Shown here piece after piece: positions 10,185 to 21,090 of a stretch of DNA of 64,000 nucleotides (positions within the stretch are counted from its first letter, which is position 1; each line of letters begins with the position of its first letter). The position numbers were made by a program, and so were the translations under genes. A model generated the notes under the pieces. That model was not told where the DNA came from. It did no database searches and saw only the letters and a list, made by a program, of their open reading frames with translations. Source of the DNA: Methanobacteriota archaeon (lineage in GTDB: Archaea > Halobacteriota > Bog-38 > Methanoflorentales > Methanoflorentaceae); assembly GCA_963719035.1 (NCBI GenBank), contig CAVRAO010000006.1, forward strand, positions 32,001 to 96,000, given 5' to 3'.

Positions 10185-10922
10185 ATGCGGGAGCCCTACG
10201 ACAGCCCAGCCCAACTCGGGAGAAGTGAACCAGAAGAATCGGTGCTCGGTTTTTCAGATCTAGCGAGCTTACCCGCTTTCATCTACCTCCTCTTTTTTCT
10301 TTTTGTACTGGCAATATTTAGCGCTAATCCGCTCGAGCCCCAGGTATTCGGATTCTACAAACTCTCCGTTTTCTTTCAAGTCGTGGCGTTTTTCAGCATC
10401 TTTTTTGTGCCGACATTGTTGATTTACTTCGCTCTCGATCTTACTAAGAACGTTGCACATACGTGTGTCGTGTTGGGGTACCCGCTGCTCGCGCTTGGTG
10501 GGGTGGTTATCCTCAACGTCGCAGAATCGCCACTACTGGCAGCGCTAAGCGGATTGGTCCTCTTTGCCTTCTACCTCCTCTTAGGGTTGAGCCGTTCGGC
10601 GACAGAACGGCGGCGACGCATCCCACAGCCTGTTGTGCGTCCCCGTCCTAGTAAGCAAGCGCCCTCTCAGATGCCGCCACAACGACGGCCGCAGGACGAG
10701 CGAGCTGCTGTTCAGAGACAACAAACGTCACGATATGTGCCACCGAGCCGTTCTCAAGAATTCAGAAGAGATACCCGGCCACAATACGGAGCCTCCGATG
10801 GATTTCTGTCGAGGCTCGATCGATTTCTCGATCGATACGACTATGTCGAAGGGGAGGCAGTGAGAAAGGGTTCGAGGCGCGATGTGAAATACCAGAGGGA
10901 TAAGCGGCGACGAGAACGATAA
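10185..10922 (+). CDS. Hypothetical membrane protein (about 4 TM) with an Arg/Pro/Gln-rich tail
   Basis: Hydrophobic N-terminal half; TATA-like TTTAAATA about 35 nt upstream. Confidence 0.7.
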   Translation: MREPYDSPAQLGRSEPEESVLGFSDLASLPAFIYLLFFLFVLAIFSANPLEPQVFGFYKLSVFFQVVAFFSIFFVPTLLIYFALDLTKNVAHTCVVLGYPLLALGGVVILNVAESPLLAALSGLVLFAFYLLLGLSRSATERRRRIPQPVVRPRPSKQAPSQMPPQRRPQDERAAVQRQQTSRYVPPSRSQEFRRDTRPQYGASDGFLSRLDRFLDRYDYVEGEAVRKGSRRDVKYQRDKRRRER

Positions 10923-10949
10923 GCCTCAGCGATGGGCTGCTCCCTTAGC

Positions 10950-12772
10950 TTATGAAACAATTGCCGCCATGATAATACGGTGAATAATCTCCATGATCGG
11001 GAGGATCATCCCAGGCCGGGGGACGCCTATAGGAGTCTTTTGCCATATCAAGGACGCAAAAATGAGCCAATATGAAGAGACAAACGTGGCAAATCCTACC
11101 AAGATCGCGAGCTCTTTTACTCCTTTCCGATAGCCAACGAAGTACGGCACAAAGAGAACCATAAGGGCTGCGGTGATAACTCCGAAGGTCCCTATAAACG
11201 GGAAGCTCAACGAGCTGATCAAGCCGCTGATCTTAGCAGCGAACAGCGTTGCATACACAAGCACTAAACCTGCAAAGATAATCCATGCAGCGGCGAATGC
11301 ACGTACAATGCGCGCTTCATAGACGAGAACGTTACGGATGCTTGCGAGCGTAAAGAAGAGGAGAGGGATATAGAGGGGCAAGAAGTAGCGCATGTCAAGT
11401 CCAAATCCCTGCTCTTGGAACGGCGCGTAGATTATAAGGTGTGCGACGATACAGACGAAAAACGCAACTGCAATCGCTTGTTGCCTATCTATCTTCAGAC
11501 GCACGGCGCCCCTCTTGTATCTAGCGAGCTTTTGCACGACATGGGGAAGCGCAGCAAAGAGGGGGACTATCAGGAGGGGGCATATCTGGAAGACCGAGAG
11601 CGTCACCGGCATGTTAACATAGAACAGCACGTGGTAGAGATGCTGCGGCCAGTTAGCACTGTTTTGCACGTTCCACTCGCTAAAAAAGAGCGTCGGAAGC
11701 CGTTCAATCGTGGCGAAGAGCGCTGAACTAGTATTCCCGGCGGTGCTTGAAGTCTGCTGAGCGATTTCTTGGTGGGCACTTAGATAGACTGGCGATAAGA
11801 AGGGGTTGCCAAACAGCAGGTAATTGTTGATGAAGTATGGGACCATTGCAAGCGTGACCGTCACCGCAGCCGTAATCGTTGCTTTAATCCGCCCCTCTGA
11901 TGTTAGCAAATCCGTTAAAACGATGGCAATCAGGAGGGGAATGGTGTCAAATAGCCGTACCCAAAAACTGAGGCCAACGAGGACGTACAAAAGTAGCGAT
12001 AACGCGTTTTTCCGTCCTGAAGATACATATAAAGGCTCCAAATGCTCGCTACGATCAGCAACACCGATGCGGTATGATCCTTTGCTGACACTGCCCAGAA
12101 CGTAAGCGGCGTGGCAACGAGTATATACGCGGCACCGAACGCAGCGACGCGATCATCGGCAAAGTACCTCCTAAAGATACTCAGTGAAAGGAGTACAATG
12201 ACTGATGTTGCCAGGATATTGAACAGCTGGATAGCCATAAGAGCGCCCCACTGGTCGAACACAAGCGGCGGCAGCTTCGTCGCGAGGTAGCCGTTGATGA
12301 TGAGCAGGACAAGCGCGCCGAACACGCCGAGGTCGCGGCCGAGTCGTGGCTTGCCCCACCGCCTTCCCAAAAGCCAGCTGACCATGAATATGTTGAACGA
12401 CCAGAGACAAGCGAAGAAGAGCCTGATCCCTACGGTAGCACTAATGATGTACAAGAGAGCGTAAAACGGCGCTGCAAAGACAGCGAGCGCGTGCGTATAG
12501 AACGCGTACACGTGGCCTTGATAGGTAAATGCGAGCATCGGCCCGGATGCTCCGAAACTCAGACCCTCGTAAAGCCTCGTCGGCGTCGCGTCTATCGAAA
12601 GAACACCATGTCCGAGATTGATGAGCTGTGCCGCGAGCGTAGCCTCATCGTTGATGAAGATGTTTACGTTCCAGATCGCGAGACAAACAGCGAGGGAGAA
12701 AAAGAAGAATAACGCAGACGTGTCGTTAGTCAAGACGTATTTGTAGAGTGCCCGAAGCTTGATTAGGTTCAT
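10950..12772 (-). CDS. Polytopic GT-C-like (ArnT/PMT-like) membrane protein, split by a frameshift near 11990
   Basis: FINDE motif after TM1, many TM helices, GNPF and MRYFLP motifs. Adding one T joins the two overlapping ORFs as ...RYF-LYVLVG. Confidence 0.65.
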
Positions 12773-12774
12773 TC

Positions 12775-13806
12775 TTACGCAACCGAATGCTCAGCTTCTC
12801 GCTCCATAATCGTTTCATAGACCTTGATGTACCCGTCTACCATTCGATCCACGTCAAAGAACTCAGCCCGTCTCCTGCAATTCTGCCTTCGAATGCTGTG
12901 AATGCGGGCCACCTTATCGATAGCGTCGCGGCTGCTCTGGACGATATATCCGGTCTCGCCATCGACAAGAATCTCTGGGACGCTTCCTTTGTTGGTAGCA
13001 ATAACAGGCGTACCGCAAGCGAGAGACTCCACGAGTGTAAGGCCGAACGGTTCCGCAAACGAAATCAGGTGCAAGCTACAATAAGCCTGCTTGAAAAGCT
13101 CTTTCTTCGTTTCTTCGTTCACCATGCCGAGATATTGTATCTGCTCCCCATCAATCTCAGGCTTAACGTACTTCTCGAAGTAGGCACGATGTTCATCCGC
13201 AACGAGTCCAGCAATCTTAAGCGTCATACCAGTTTCCTTTGCCACCTCGATAGCGCGATGAGTGCCCTTGTCATAAGATATGCGCCCGAAGAAGAGGAGA
13301 TAATCATCTGGAGCGTCGCTAAAGTCAAAGGAGTCGACTGCGATTCCGTTGTACACGGTGGCGACGTAGTTTAGACCCTCAGCTCGGTCGCTTTCGCTGA
13401 TGGACACGTAATAGTTGTCTCTATATTTCCTGTATACAGGAAGAATCTTTTCAGAAGAGAATCCGTGTATGGTCGTTAGGAGAGGAGTGCACGTGAGTCG
13501 TGAAAAAGTCAACGGATAGAAATCATAGTGACTGTGAAGAATGTCGAATTCACGCGCTTTTTCAAAAGCGTTAGAAATATGGAGCCATTGATAGACGCCA
13601 GCGTCAAGTGATTCATCTTCATAGAAGCCGTGCGGACACACCGACTCAAGCTTCGCCTTCGTTATGGAATCACCGGTCGCAAAAAGGGTAACGTCGTAAC
13701 CTCGGTCGACTAACCCCTCAGTGAGGTGATGCACGACCGTTTCCCAGGGCCCGTAGTGGCGTGGTGGGGTCCTCCACGATATGGTCCCCAAAATTCCAAT
13801 TTTCAA
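12775..13806 (-). CDS. Glycosyltransferase family 4
   Basis: PPRHYG, GRISYDKG and EPFGLTLVESLACGTPVI. Confidence 0.95.
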   Translation of the reverse strand: MKIGILGTISWRTPPRHYGPWETVVHHLTEGLVDRGYDVTLFATGDSITKAKLESVCPHGFYEDESLDAGVYQWLHISNAFEKAREFDILHSHYDFYPLTFSRLTCTPLLTTIHGFSSEKILPVYRKYRDNYYVSISESDRAEGLNYVATVYNGIAVDSFDFSDAPDDYLLFFGRISYDKGTHRAIEVAKETGMTLKIAGLVADEHRAYFEKYVKPEIDGEQIQYLGMVNEETKKELFKQAYCSLHLISFAEPFGLTLVESLACGTPVIATNKGSVPEILVDGETGYIVQSSRDAIDKVARIHSIRRQNCRRRAEFFDVDRMVDGYIKVYETIMEREAEHSVA

Positions 13807-13883
13807 TCGATCATTCCCCGCACAGGACGTTTGGCCTACGGCTATCCCGGTATAACCGAACTCCGGCGACGTGCCCTATTAGT

Positions 13884-15137
13884 TCAGCGCAGCTTCAGCG
13901 CATTTAAGTCACTCTGGAGTGCCCCTGCGCTGTCGGTGCGCTCCCACGGTAGATCAAGATCGGCGCGTCCAAAATGCCCGTAAGCAGCGACTTGTCGATA
14001 GATCGGCCGTCTGAGTTGAAAAGTGTTGATAATCCAGCCCGGGGTGAGCGCGAAACGTCGCATTATGATCTCAGAGATAGTCGCTTCGGGTATGTGGGCC
14101 GTGCCAAACGTATTGACGAAAATCGCGATCGGCTGTGCTACGCCGATTGCATAAGAGACTTGGATCTCGCACTTTGCAGCAAGTCCCGCCGCGACGACGT
14201 TTTTTGCGATATACCTCGCTGCGTAAGCCGCTGACCGATCGACCTTTGTCGGGTCCTTTCCCGAAAAAGAACCGCCTCCGTGTCGTGCCATCCCTCCGTA
14301 CGTGTCAACGATGATTTTTCGTCCTGACATGCCAGCATCACCCTTAGGGCCGCCGATGACAAACCGACCTGTCGGGTTGACCAACACCTTCGTATTGTTG
14401 TCCATCATATGCGGTGGGATCACAACGTCGATTACCTTTGCCCTAATGTCTCGTTCAATGGTATCAAGCGCGACATCCGCAGTGTGTTGCGAAGAGACGA
14501 TGACCGTGTCAACGCGTACTGGAGCGTCGTTCACATATTCTACCGTAACCTGCGTCTTTCCATCGGGGCCAAGATAACTAATTTCTCCGGACTTCCTAAC
14601 CTCAGTCAGCCGCAACGCAAGTTTATTAGCGAGTAATATCGGCATCGGCATAAGTTCTGGCGTCTCATTTGTCGCGTAGCCGAACACCATGCCCTGATCC
14701 CCGGCGCCAAGCTCAGCGTCCTCAGTGACGGATGAAGGAGAGGGATGACACTCAATGTCCGCGGCACCCTCGTTTGTGGACGTGATCCGGCACTCGAGTG
14801 ACTTGTTGACTCCTTGAGCGATGTCAGGTGATTGTTCTTTGATTGACACCACGACGCCGCAGGTGTCCGAATCGAACCCAAATCGTGAATCGATGTAACC
14901 TATGTCCCGGATCGTATCTCGCACCACGCTCGGTATATCGACGCTACACGTTGTGGTAATCTCTCCGATCACTACGGCAAGACCTGTCGTTACTGCCACT
15001 TCGCACGCAACGCGAGCATTCTTAGGATCATGCTCGATGATCGCATCCAGTATCGCATCTGCTATCTGATCACACACCTTGTCTGGGTGCCCTTCCGTCA
15101 CCGATTCAGAGGTGAATAAAAAACTATTCTGAGACAT
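13884..15137 (-). CDS. metK: S-adenosylmethionine synthetase, bacterial/eukaryotic type
   Basis: [30 protein letters not shown] and [14 protein letters not shown]. Confidence 0.97.
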   Translation of the reverse strand: MSQNSFLFTSESVTEGHPDKVCDQIADAILDAIIEHDPKNARVACEVAVTTGLAVVIGEITTTCSVDIPSVVRDTIRDIGYIDSRFGFDSDTCGVVVSIKEQSPDIAQGVNKSLECRITSTNEGAADIECHPSPSSVTEDAELGAGDQGMVFGYATNETPELMPMPILLANKLALRLTEVRKSGEISYLGPDGKTQVTVEYVNDAPVRVDTVIVSSQHTADVALDTIERDIRAKVIDVVIPPHMMDNNTKVLVNPTGRFVIGGPKGDAGMSGRKIIVDTYGGMARHGGGSFSGKDPTKVDRSAAYAARYIAKNVVAAGLAAKCEIQVSYAIGVAQPIAIFVNTFGTAHIPEATISEIIMRRFALTPGWIINTFQLRRPIYRQVAAYGHFGRADLDLPWERTDSAGALQSDLNALKLR

Positions 15138-15194
15138 TGTACTTCGATTCGCTCCGCTATTGACAACCTTTTTACCGGTTGGCTTTATCATTGG

Positions 15195-15210
15195 TACCTA
15201 TATAAATCGT
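15195..15210. promoter_or_regulatory. TATA-like element between divergent metK and ahcY
   Basis: CCTATATAAAT within a ~115-nt divergent spacer. Confidence 0.45.
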
Positions 15211-15253
15211 ATGGTTACGTTCACGCGAATTACGATAAACGAGAGAATTTACG

Positions 15254-16507
15254 ATGAAGAGTATAATTAAGAACATAGGCCTCGCTGACGAAGGTGAAAA
15301 ACGCATTGAATGGGCGCGCAGGCATATGCCTGTTCTTGAGCGGATTAAAACTGAATTTGCGCGCGACACGCCGCTCGACGGAGTTAACATCATTGCGTGT
15401 CTGCACGTGACAGTTGAGACGGCAAACCTCATTCGTACGCTACAAGCCGGAGGGGCAAATGTCGCGCTTACCGGCTCAAATCCCCTCAGCACACAAGATG
15501 ACGTCGCAGCTGCCCTCGCAAAAAGCGGGATCGTTGTCTGCGCCTTTCGTGGTGAAAGTGATGATGAGTACTACGCTTGTATGGAAGAGGCACTGAAGAT
15601 CGGGCCTCAGGTCACGCTTGACGACGGTGCGGACGTCATCGCCACGGTTCATGGTGATCATAAAGAATACCTGAGCGCGATAATGGGCGGCTGTGAGGAA
15701 ACGACGACAGGCGTGGTCAGGCTCAAGGCAATGGCGGCAGAAGGCGCGCTTAAATATCCCGTCATCGCGGTCAACGATGCAGAAACCAAGATGATGTTTG
15801 ACAATCGCTATGGGACCGGGCAGAGCACGCTTCACGGCATTATGAATGCAACGAATTTCCTATTTGCTGGAAAAACCGTCGTCGTCGCCGGCTACGGCTG
15901 GTGTGGCCGAGGCGTCGCAGCGCGTGCGAAAGGTCTTGGGGCGAACGTGGTTGTTGTCGAGGTCGAGCCGCGAAAAGCCCTTGAGGCGGCCATGGACGGC
16001 TTTAGAGTGATGTCGATGCCCGAGGCAGCGAGGATCGGAGACCTCTTTGTCACGGTGACCGGGGACGTCTCCGTTATTCGAGGGGAACACTTCGCGATCA
16101 TGAAGGACGAAGCCATCGTCTGCAATTCTGGACACTTCAACGTAGAACTCGACTTGGAGGAGCTCAAGGAGATGGCGACCGGTACGGCGAATGTCAAAGA
16201 GAACGTGGACGAGTATCGAATGGCTGACGGCAGGACGATCTATGTGCTCGCGGAAGGGCGGCTCATCAACCTCTCAGCAGCCTTCGGGCACCCCCCAGAA
16301 GTCATGGATATGAGTTTTGCGAATCAGGCGCTCTGTGTTAGATACATCGTCGAAAATCACACACGTTTAGACAACGTCGTGCACAGCGTACCAACTGCTA
16401 TTGACAAACGGGTCGCCGCTCTAAAACTCGACGCAATCGGCATTCACATTGAGCAACTCACCGCGGAGCAAGAGGCGTACCTCCACTCATGGACGCTCGG
16501 TACATAG
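15254..16507 (+). CDS. ahcY: Adenosylhomocysteinase
   Basis: SNPLSTQD, EETTTG, FDNRYGTGQS, GYGWCGRG and GHPPEVMDMSF. Confidence 0.98.
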   Translation: MKSIIKNIGLADEGEKRIEWARRHMPVLERIKTEFARDTPLDGVNIIACLHVTVETANLIRTLQAGGANVALTGSNPLSTQDDVAAALAKSGIVVCAFRGESDDEYYACMEEALKIGPQVTLDDGADVIATVHGDHKEYLSAIMGGCEETTTGVVRLKAMAAEGALKYPVIAVNDAETKMMFDNRYGTGQSTLHGIMNATNFLFAGKTVVVAGYGWCGRGVAARAKGLGANVVVVEVEPRKALEAAMDGFRVMSMPEAARIGDLFVTVTGDVSVIRGEHFAIMKDEAIVCNSGHFNVELDLEELKEMATGTANVKENVDEYRMADGRTIYVLAEGRLINLSAAFGHPPEVMDMSFANQALCVRYIVENHTRLDNVVHSVPTAIDKRVAALKLDAIGIHIEQLTAEQEAYLHSWTLGT

Positions 16508-16565
16508 TCCGTCCGTGTGTGGCATGTCGCGGCACTTAATGAAAGCGCTTAAGGAATTGTAAACC

Positions 16566-17636
16566 ATGACGGCGATCGACGATTACATCAAAGAGGTGTT
16601 TGGACGAGACGCACGCGTCATACAGGTCTGTGAGCTGGGACAGCCGACGGCTGAGCTTAAAGGCTTTGGTTACGGAAAGCCCTACCAAATTACGTTTTCT
16701 TTGGACGGCGCGGTCAAGTCCGTCGTGTTGTCATCGATGCGACGAGAGGGCGGTTTTGGCCACGATCACTTTTCCGATCGCGCCCAGATACTCATCTGGC
16801 AGCACGACACGTTTGGCTCACTGCCTCACCACGTGCGCGCCTTCGATGTAGGTTACTTTACCCGTGATGGTCGAATGCTTTCTGCTCGCGACGCTGACGA
16901 GTATTTCATCCTCATGGACTTAGTCGAAGGGACTGAATACTTTTATGACCTTGACCGGGTCAAGGAAACGGGGACGCTCATTGAGCTAGACGTCGCTCGC
17001 ACTCAGGCGCTCTCAGATTACCTCGCAACAATCCACGCCGTTAAACGCACTGACCCTGTCATTTACACGCGCCGCATGCGCGATCTCGTCGGTCACGGGG
17101 AGCTCATTATGGGCCTGATCGACAGCTATCCTCGGACGTTTGACGTGTTTTCGCAAGATGACTTCCGTCTGCTGGAGAAGCGATGCGTGGATTGGCGCTA
17201 CGCGCTCAAGGAACGCGCACATCGTCTTTGTATGGTGCACGGTGATTATCACCCGTGGAACATCATGTTCAGAGACGGTACCGATTTTACGGTTCTCGAC
17301 AGGAGCCGCGGAGAGTTTGGAGAGGCGGCTGACGACGTCACGTCGTTGAGCGTAAACTACCTCTTTTATTCAATTCAAAAGTACGGAAAGCTGGCAAAGG
17401 AGTTCAAGACGCTGTTTGACCTGTTCCTAAGCAACTACCTCGAAAAGACGCAGGATCACGAACTGCTTGAAGTTATACAGCCGTTTTATGGGTTCAGGGG
17501 GCTTGTGGTCGCAAGCCCAATATGGTATCCGCACATCGACCGACAGGTGCGGCAGCGGCTATTCAACTTCGTAAGGAATGTGCTGGAAGTTGAGACATTC
17601 GACTACCGAAACGTTAACGCGCTCCTTAAGGATTAA
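16566..17636 (+). CDS. Aminoglycoside phosphotransferase (APH)/choline kinase-like protein
   Basis: HGDYHPWNI catalytic loop followed by VLDRSRGE. Confidence 0.85.
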   Translation: MTAIDDYIKEVFGRDARVIQVCELGQPTAELKGFGYGKPYQITFSLDGAVKSVVLSSMRREGGFGHDHFSDRAQILIWQHDTFGSLPHHVRAFDVGYFTRDGRMLSARDADEYFILMDLVEGTEYFYDLDRVKETGTLIELDVARTQALSDYLATIHAVKRTDPVIYTRRMRDLVGHGELIMGLIDSYPRTFDVFSQDDFRLLEKRCVDWRYALKERAHRLCMVHGDYHPWNIMFRDGTDFTVLDRSRGEFGEAADDVTSLSVNYLFYSIQKYGKLAKEFKTLFDLFLSNYLEKTQDHELLEVIQPFYGFRGLVVASPIWYPHIDRQVRQRLFNFVRNVLEVETFDYRNVNALLKD

Positions 17637-17662
17637 CGAAAGGCGAGGAGTGACACTAGGAT

Positions 17663-18199
17663 ATGGCTTGGGCGATCTGGATCACAGGACTGCCAGGGAG
17701 TGGCAAAACCACTGTTGCGAGGGAGGTTGCAGATATGCTCAAAGGCAAGAAGTTGCGAACGCTCCAACTTGACGAGATTCGCACTATTGTCACTCCTCAC
17801 CCGACGTATTCTGAGCAAGAGCGCGACATCGTCTATGCGTTTCTCGCTTACGCGGCAAAGGTGCTCACAGAATGCGGCGTAAATGTCATAATCGACGCGA
17901 CTGCAAACCGAAAACGTTATCGAGATCTCGCCCGACAGCTAATACCGCGCTTTGTCGAAGTATACGTCAGCTGTTCACTCGAAACATGCAAGCAACGAGA
18001 GGCTCATCGCATCGCGGAGTTCACGCCAAGGAGGATCTACGAAAAATCGCAGACACCTGAGGCTGCGGTTCCTGGCGTAAATGTACCGTATGAGACGACA
18101 AAGAATCCCGAATTGACTATTGACAGCGAGCGCGTTGCGCCGAAAGAGGCAGCCGAGATTATCGCGCAGGAAATAAAGCGGCGGTTCAATGGAACTTGA
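17663..18199 (+). CDS. Adenylyl-sulfate kinase-like P-loop kinase
   Basis: IWITGLPGSGKTT, LDEIR and PGVNVPYE. Confidence 0.85.
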   Translation: MAWAIWITGLPGSGKTTVAREVADMLKGKKLRTLQLDEIRTIVTPHPTYSEQERDIVYAFLAYAAKVLTECGVNVIIDATANRKRYRDLARQLIPRFVEVYVSCSLETCKQREAHRIAEFTPRRIYEKSQTPEAAVPGVNVPYETTKNPELTIDSERVAPKEAAEIIAQEIKRRFNGT

Positions 18200-18998
18200 A
18201 GATATTATCGCTATGGCTACGCGAGCGATAGAATCCGTGCTTGCCTTCGTCGGAACTACAGGAGACTTCTCGGCGATAACAAAGTACAAAGAGCGCGATG
18301 TGACGAGGAGGTTCGACCTGGTTGCCGAGCAGAAGCTGCAAGATGAATTGTTCGAACGTGGCGTTAGCGCGCGCATTGTCTCAGAAGAATACGGCGACCG
18401 GATTATGGGCGACGACCCGAGCTGCACGTTCGTGTTTGATCCGATCGACGGATCAACCAACGTCGCGATCGGCTTTCCCTACTTTTGCTCGTCGCTTGCA
18501 TATGCGCCTAGCGTCGACGACGTTTCGCTCAGTGACATCACGATGGGGGCGGTCGTTACAAACTCGCTTGATGTGTATGCGGCCGAGAGGGGCAAGGGGG
18601 CCCGGCTTAATGGAGTACCGCTCGTGACACGGAAAGCACCGCGCTATAAGCCCGTTGTTGCCGGATACGCCTACGGTGTGTCGCACGTTCCGCGCGGACT
18701 CATCGAGTTCGAAAAGAACGTTAAGGTACGGATTTTCGGGAGTATTGCGTACGATATTTGCCAGGTCGCAACAGGAACGCTCGACGCAGTCATTGACACC
18801 AGAGACCGCCTGAGCGGTTATGACATAGCTGCTGCGCTACTCGTCTTATGCGAGTCTGACGGGATTACGACAACGGGTGACGGCAACCTGTTCAATGCTC
18901 CAGTAACCGCTTCTAATCTATCACTTGTATGTTCTACAGACCGGACTCTGCATGACCGAATTGTCGACACGTTGGACAAATTCTCGAAGGACGTGTGA
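18189..18998 (+). CDS. Inositol monophosphatase / archaeal FBPase-IMPase family
   Basis: SEE, DPIDGSTN, GS.A and YDIAAA. Confidence 0.92.
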   Translation: MELEDIIAMATRAIESVLAFVGTTGDFSAITKYKERDVTRRFDLVAEQKLQDELFERGVSARIVSEEYGDRIMGDDPSCTFVFDPIDGSTNVAIGFPYFCSSLAYAPSVDDVSLSDITMGAVVTNSLDVYAAERGKGARLNGVPLVTRKAPRYKPVVAGYAYGVSHVPRGLIEFEKNVKVRIFGSIAYDICQVATGTLDAVIDTRDRLSGYDIAAALLVLCESDGITTTGDGNLFNAPVTASNLSLVCSTDRTLHDRIVDTLDKFSKDV

Positions 18999-19133
18999 GC
19001 AGAAACACCGAATAGTACATCTTAGTTGATGAAGCGCCCTGATGGTAATTCATTATCGCTCGGGGCAAAGACGACCGCGCCCCCGCGCGATGCGTTAGCG
19101 ACGCTAAACATTTAAAAAGAACGGCGTTACACT

Positions 19134-19244
19134 GATTAGATATAGCGTTCGATCTTGCCGAGCAGTGGCAAGGAAACGGCCGATACAGTCCTTTCGAGGG
19201 CGATGGGGTCGGGTTAGCAAGACGGCCTAGATGCAGATGTAATC
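19134..19244 (+). ncRNA. Candidate structured non-coding RNA, family unknown
   Basis: TTTAAAAA at 19111-19118, end-to-end pairing GATTA/TAATC, CTTGCC/GGCAAG hairpin and GTCCT-TTCG-AGGGC hairpin; no ORF. Confidence 0.4.
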
Positions 19245-19275
19245 AAGCGGCGCAATTGCGAGGAGGGCTTGCGTG

Positions 19276-19560
19276 CTATGCCTTTTCATAACAACTCCAC
19301 ATCTTGAAAAAATCGGTCCTGCTCATTTGAAGCTCGCGCATGATGCCGTGCAGCAATCCTGTGGGAAGCTGGCGATGTGCGTGAATCGGTATTGTGGTCG
19401 CTCGACCATCCTGGGAGACTAAACGAACGTGTGAACCTCGCGTTCGAGTAACGCGAAAACCGATAGATTCCAAGGACTTCACGAGCTCGCTCCCGCTGAT
19501 CGGGGGGAACTTTTCGGCGCGTGCTGCAGCAGCGCCCGTTTGCTCACAGCTCGACTTCAA
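19276..19560 (-). CDS. hicA: HicA-family mRNA interferase toxin
   Basis: L..IGF...R.RGSH.RL...TIP.H....LP.GLL..I. Confidence 0.9.
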   Translation of the reverse strand: MKSSCEQTGAAAARAEKFPPISGSELVKSLESIGFRVTRTRGSHVRLVSQDGRATTIPIHAHRQLPTGLLHGIMRELQMSRTDFFKMWSCYEKA

Positions 19561-19562
19561 AC

Positions 19563-19745
19563 TCAGGTCCGGCCCTCCTCTTCGAGCTCTTCCTCACAGA
19601 GCTGTATACACTCCTTAATGTTATCGCGTGCCTCCTCGAGCGTTACGCCGTAGGATTGACAGCCTTTCAACGACGGGCACGTCGCGATGAAATAGCCCGC
19701 ATCATCTTTCCGAATTACTACTTCACGTTCCTCCACGATGTGCAC
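19563..19745 (-). CDS. hicB: Short HicB-family antitoxin
   Basis: YFIATCPSLKGCQSYGVTLEEARDNIKE; no DNA-binding domain. Confidence 0.9.
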   Translation of the reverse strand: MHIVEEREVVIRKDDAGYFIATCPSLKGCQSYGVTLEEARDNIKECIQLCEEELEEEGRT

Positions 19746-20010
19746 CCTTAAGGGGCTTCTCCTTCACGTATATGAATGCATGGGCCGTTGATTAGCGTCT
19801 CCGTGCGCAAATAAATCCGCGAGAGCTGGCTCAATAGAGTGATAGAGTAAGGTACAGCGTAGCGTGCGTAGATGTGTCAGCACGAGACTTCAAGCACGCG
19901 GGGCTGCCGGACAAAGGCTTAAGTCGGCAAACACTCGTGAGTACTATGTCTAACTTAGATCAATCAACCGCATTTTTTGCATCGTCCAAAGCACGCGGGG
20001 ATGTCCAATC

Positions 20011-21090
20011 ATGTTGAGTGAAGGACAAGACAATCGAAAGCTCAAGAGGGTCGGCGAGGGCCTCAGATCTCGCGTAACTCGAACTGGCGATGTCGCTTAT
20101 ACACAGAGCGCCGATGCCCCTCAGTTCATCCCCGCGCTGTTTTACGCCCAGGGCCAAAATGATTACGCACAGGCCCTCGCACTCAAGCGAGCGCTGATTA
20201 AAGAGCATGAAGGAGACGTGCTCGAAGAGATAATCCCGGGGAGCGAGCTCGTGAATGAGCGCGGGACGTGTTACCGAATCGAGACTGTAGAGAAGGTAAG
20301 TTTACAGACGATACACTCAAAGAGAGCCAAGGAGAGCTTATTATCAGATTTTAAACTCCTTCATGGTGTTAGAGAAGCGACCGAGAACGCCTTGAAGGAT
20401 GGTGGCTACCACACAATCGAAGATCTCGCCGAGCACAACCGCTTTGGCGGGCAGGCGCGTCGTTTCCTGGAACTCGTCGAAGCGCTCGAAACGGGCGAGA
20501 TGATCGAATGGATAGGAAAAAGGTTCTCAAAATCGCATCCGCTTGCATTACATGCCTCGGGCTTTCACGCGCCGGACGAGTTGCTCTTCGTTGACATCGA
20601 GACGTTGGGGCTTTTCTCCAGCCCGATCGTAGTCATAGGGCTTGCGAAATCGATCGGCGAGACCCTTAGCGTTCACCAATATGTTCTCAGGGACGTGCAC
20701 GAAGAGCCCGCTGCGCTCGCTGCATTTCTTTCTCACGTCGACGCACATAGTGCGCTCGTCACGTACAACGGGCGAACTTTTGACGTTCCTTATCTTGAGC
20801 AACGTCTTGCCTACTACCAGATACGCGGCGATTTGCAAAGAGCGCACTTCGATGCGCTCCACTTCGCACGAAGAAAGTGGCATGGGATGATGCCCGACTT
20901 TCGGCTGTTCACGCTCCAGAAGCATCTTCTCGGCGCTCGCGAAACCGACATTCCCGGCGCCTTAGTTCCTGAGTTCTATGAGACGTACCTGCGGACGCAA
21001 AACATCGGGCCCTTGCTCGCCGTGATTGAGCATAATAGACAAGATCTCGTCGCGCTGGCACACATTTTTTCCAGGCTTTGCGAGGGATAA
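20011..21090 (+). CDS. YprB/MrfB-like RNase H-fold exonuclease
   Basis: FVDIETLG, TYNGRTFDVP, HFDALH and HNRQDL. Confidence 0.88.
   Translation: MLSEGQDNRKLKRVGEGLRSRVTRTGDVAYTQSADAPQFIPALFYAQGQNDYAQALALKRALIKEHEGDVLEEIIPGSELVNERGTCYRIETVEKVSLQTIHSKRAKESLLSDFKLLHGVREATENALKDGGYHTIEDLAEHNRFGGQARRFLELVEALETGEMIEWIGKRFSKSHPLALHASGFHAPDELLFVDIETLGLFSSPIVVIGLAKSIGETLSVHQYVLRDVHEEPAALAAFLSHVDAHSALVTYNGRTFDVPYLEQRLAYYQIRGDLQRAHFDALHFARRKWHGMMPDFRLFTLQKHLLGARETDIPGALVPEFYETYLRTQNIGPLLAVIEHNRQDLVALAHIFSRLCEG

Noticed and set aside
19197-19215. GGCGATGGGGT resembling the start of a fluoride riboswitch
   Set aside because: The complementary CGCC and the downstream pseudoknot motif are absent, and no same-strand gene follows.
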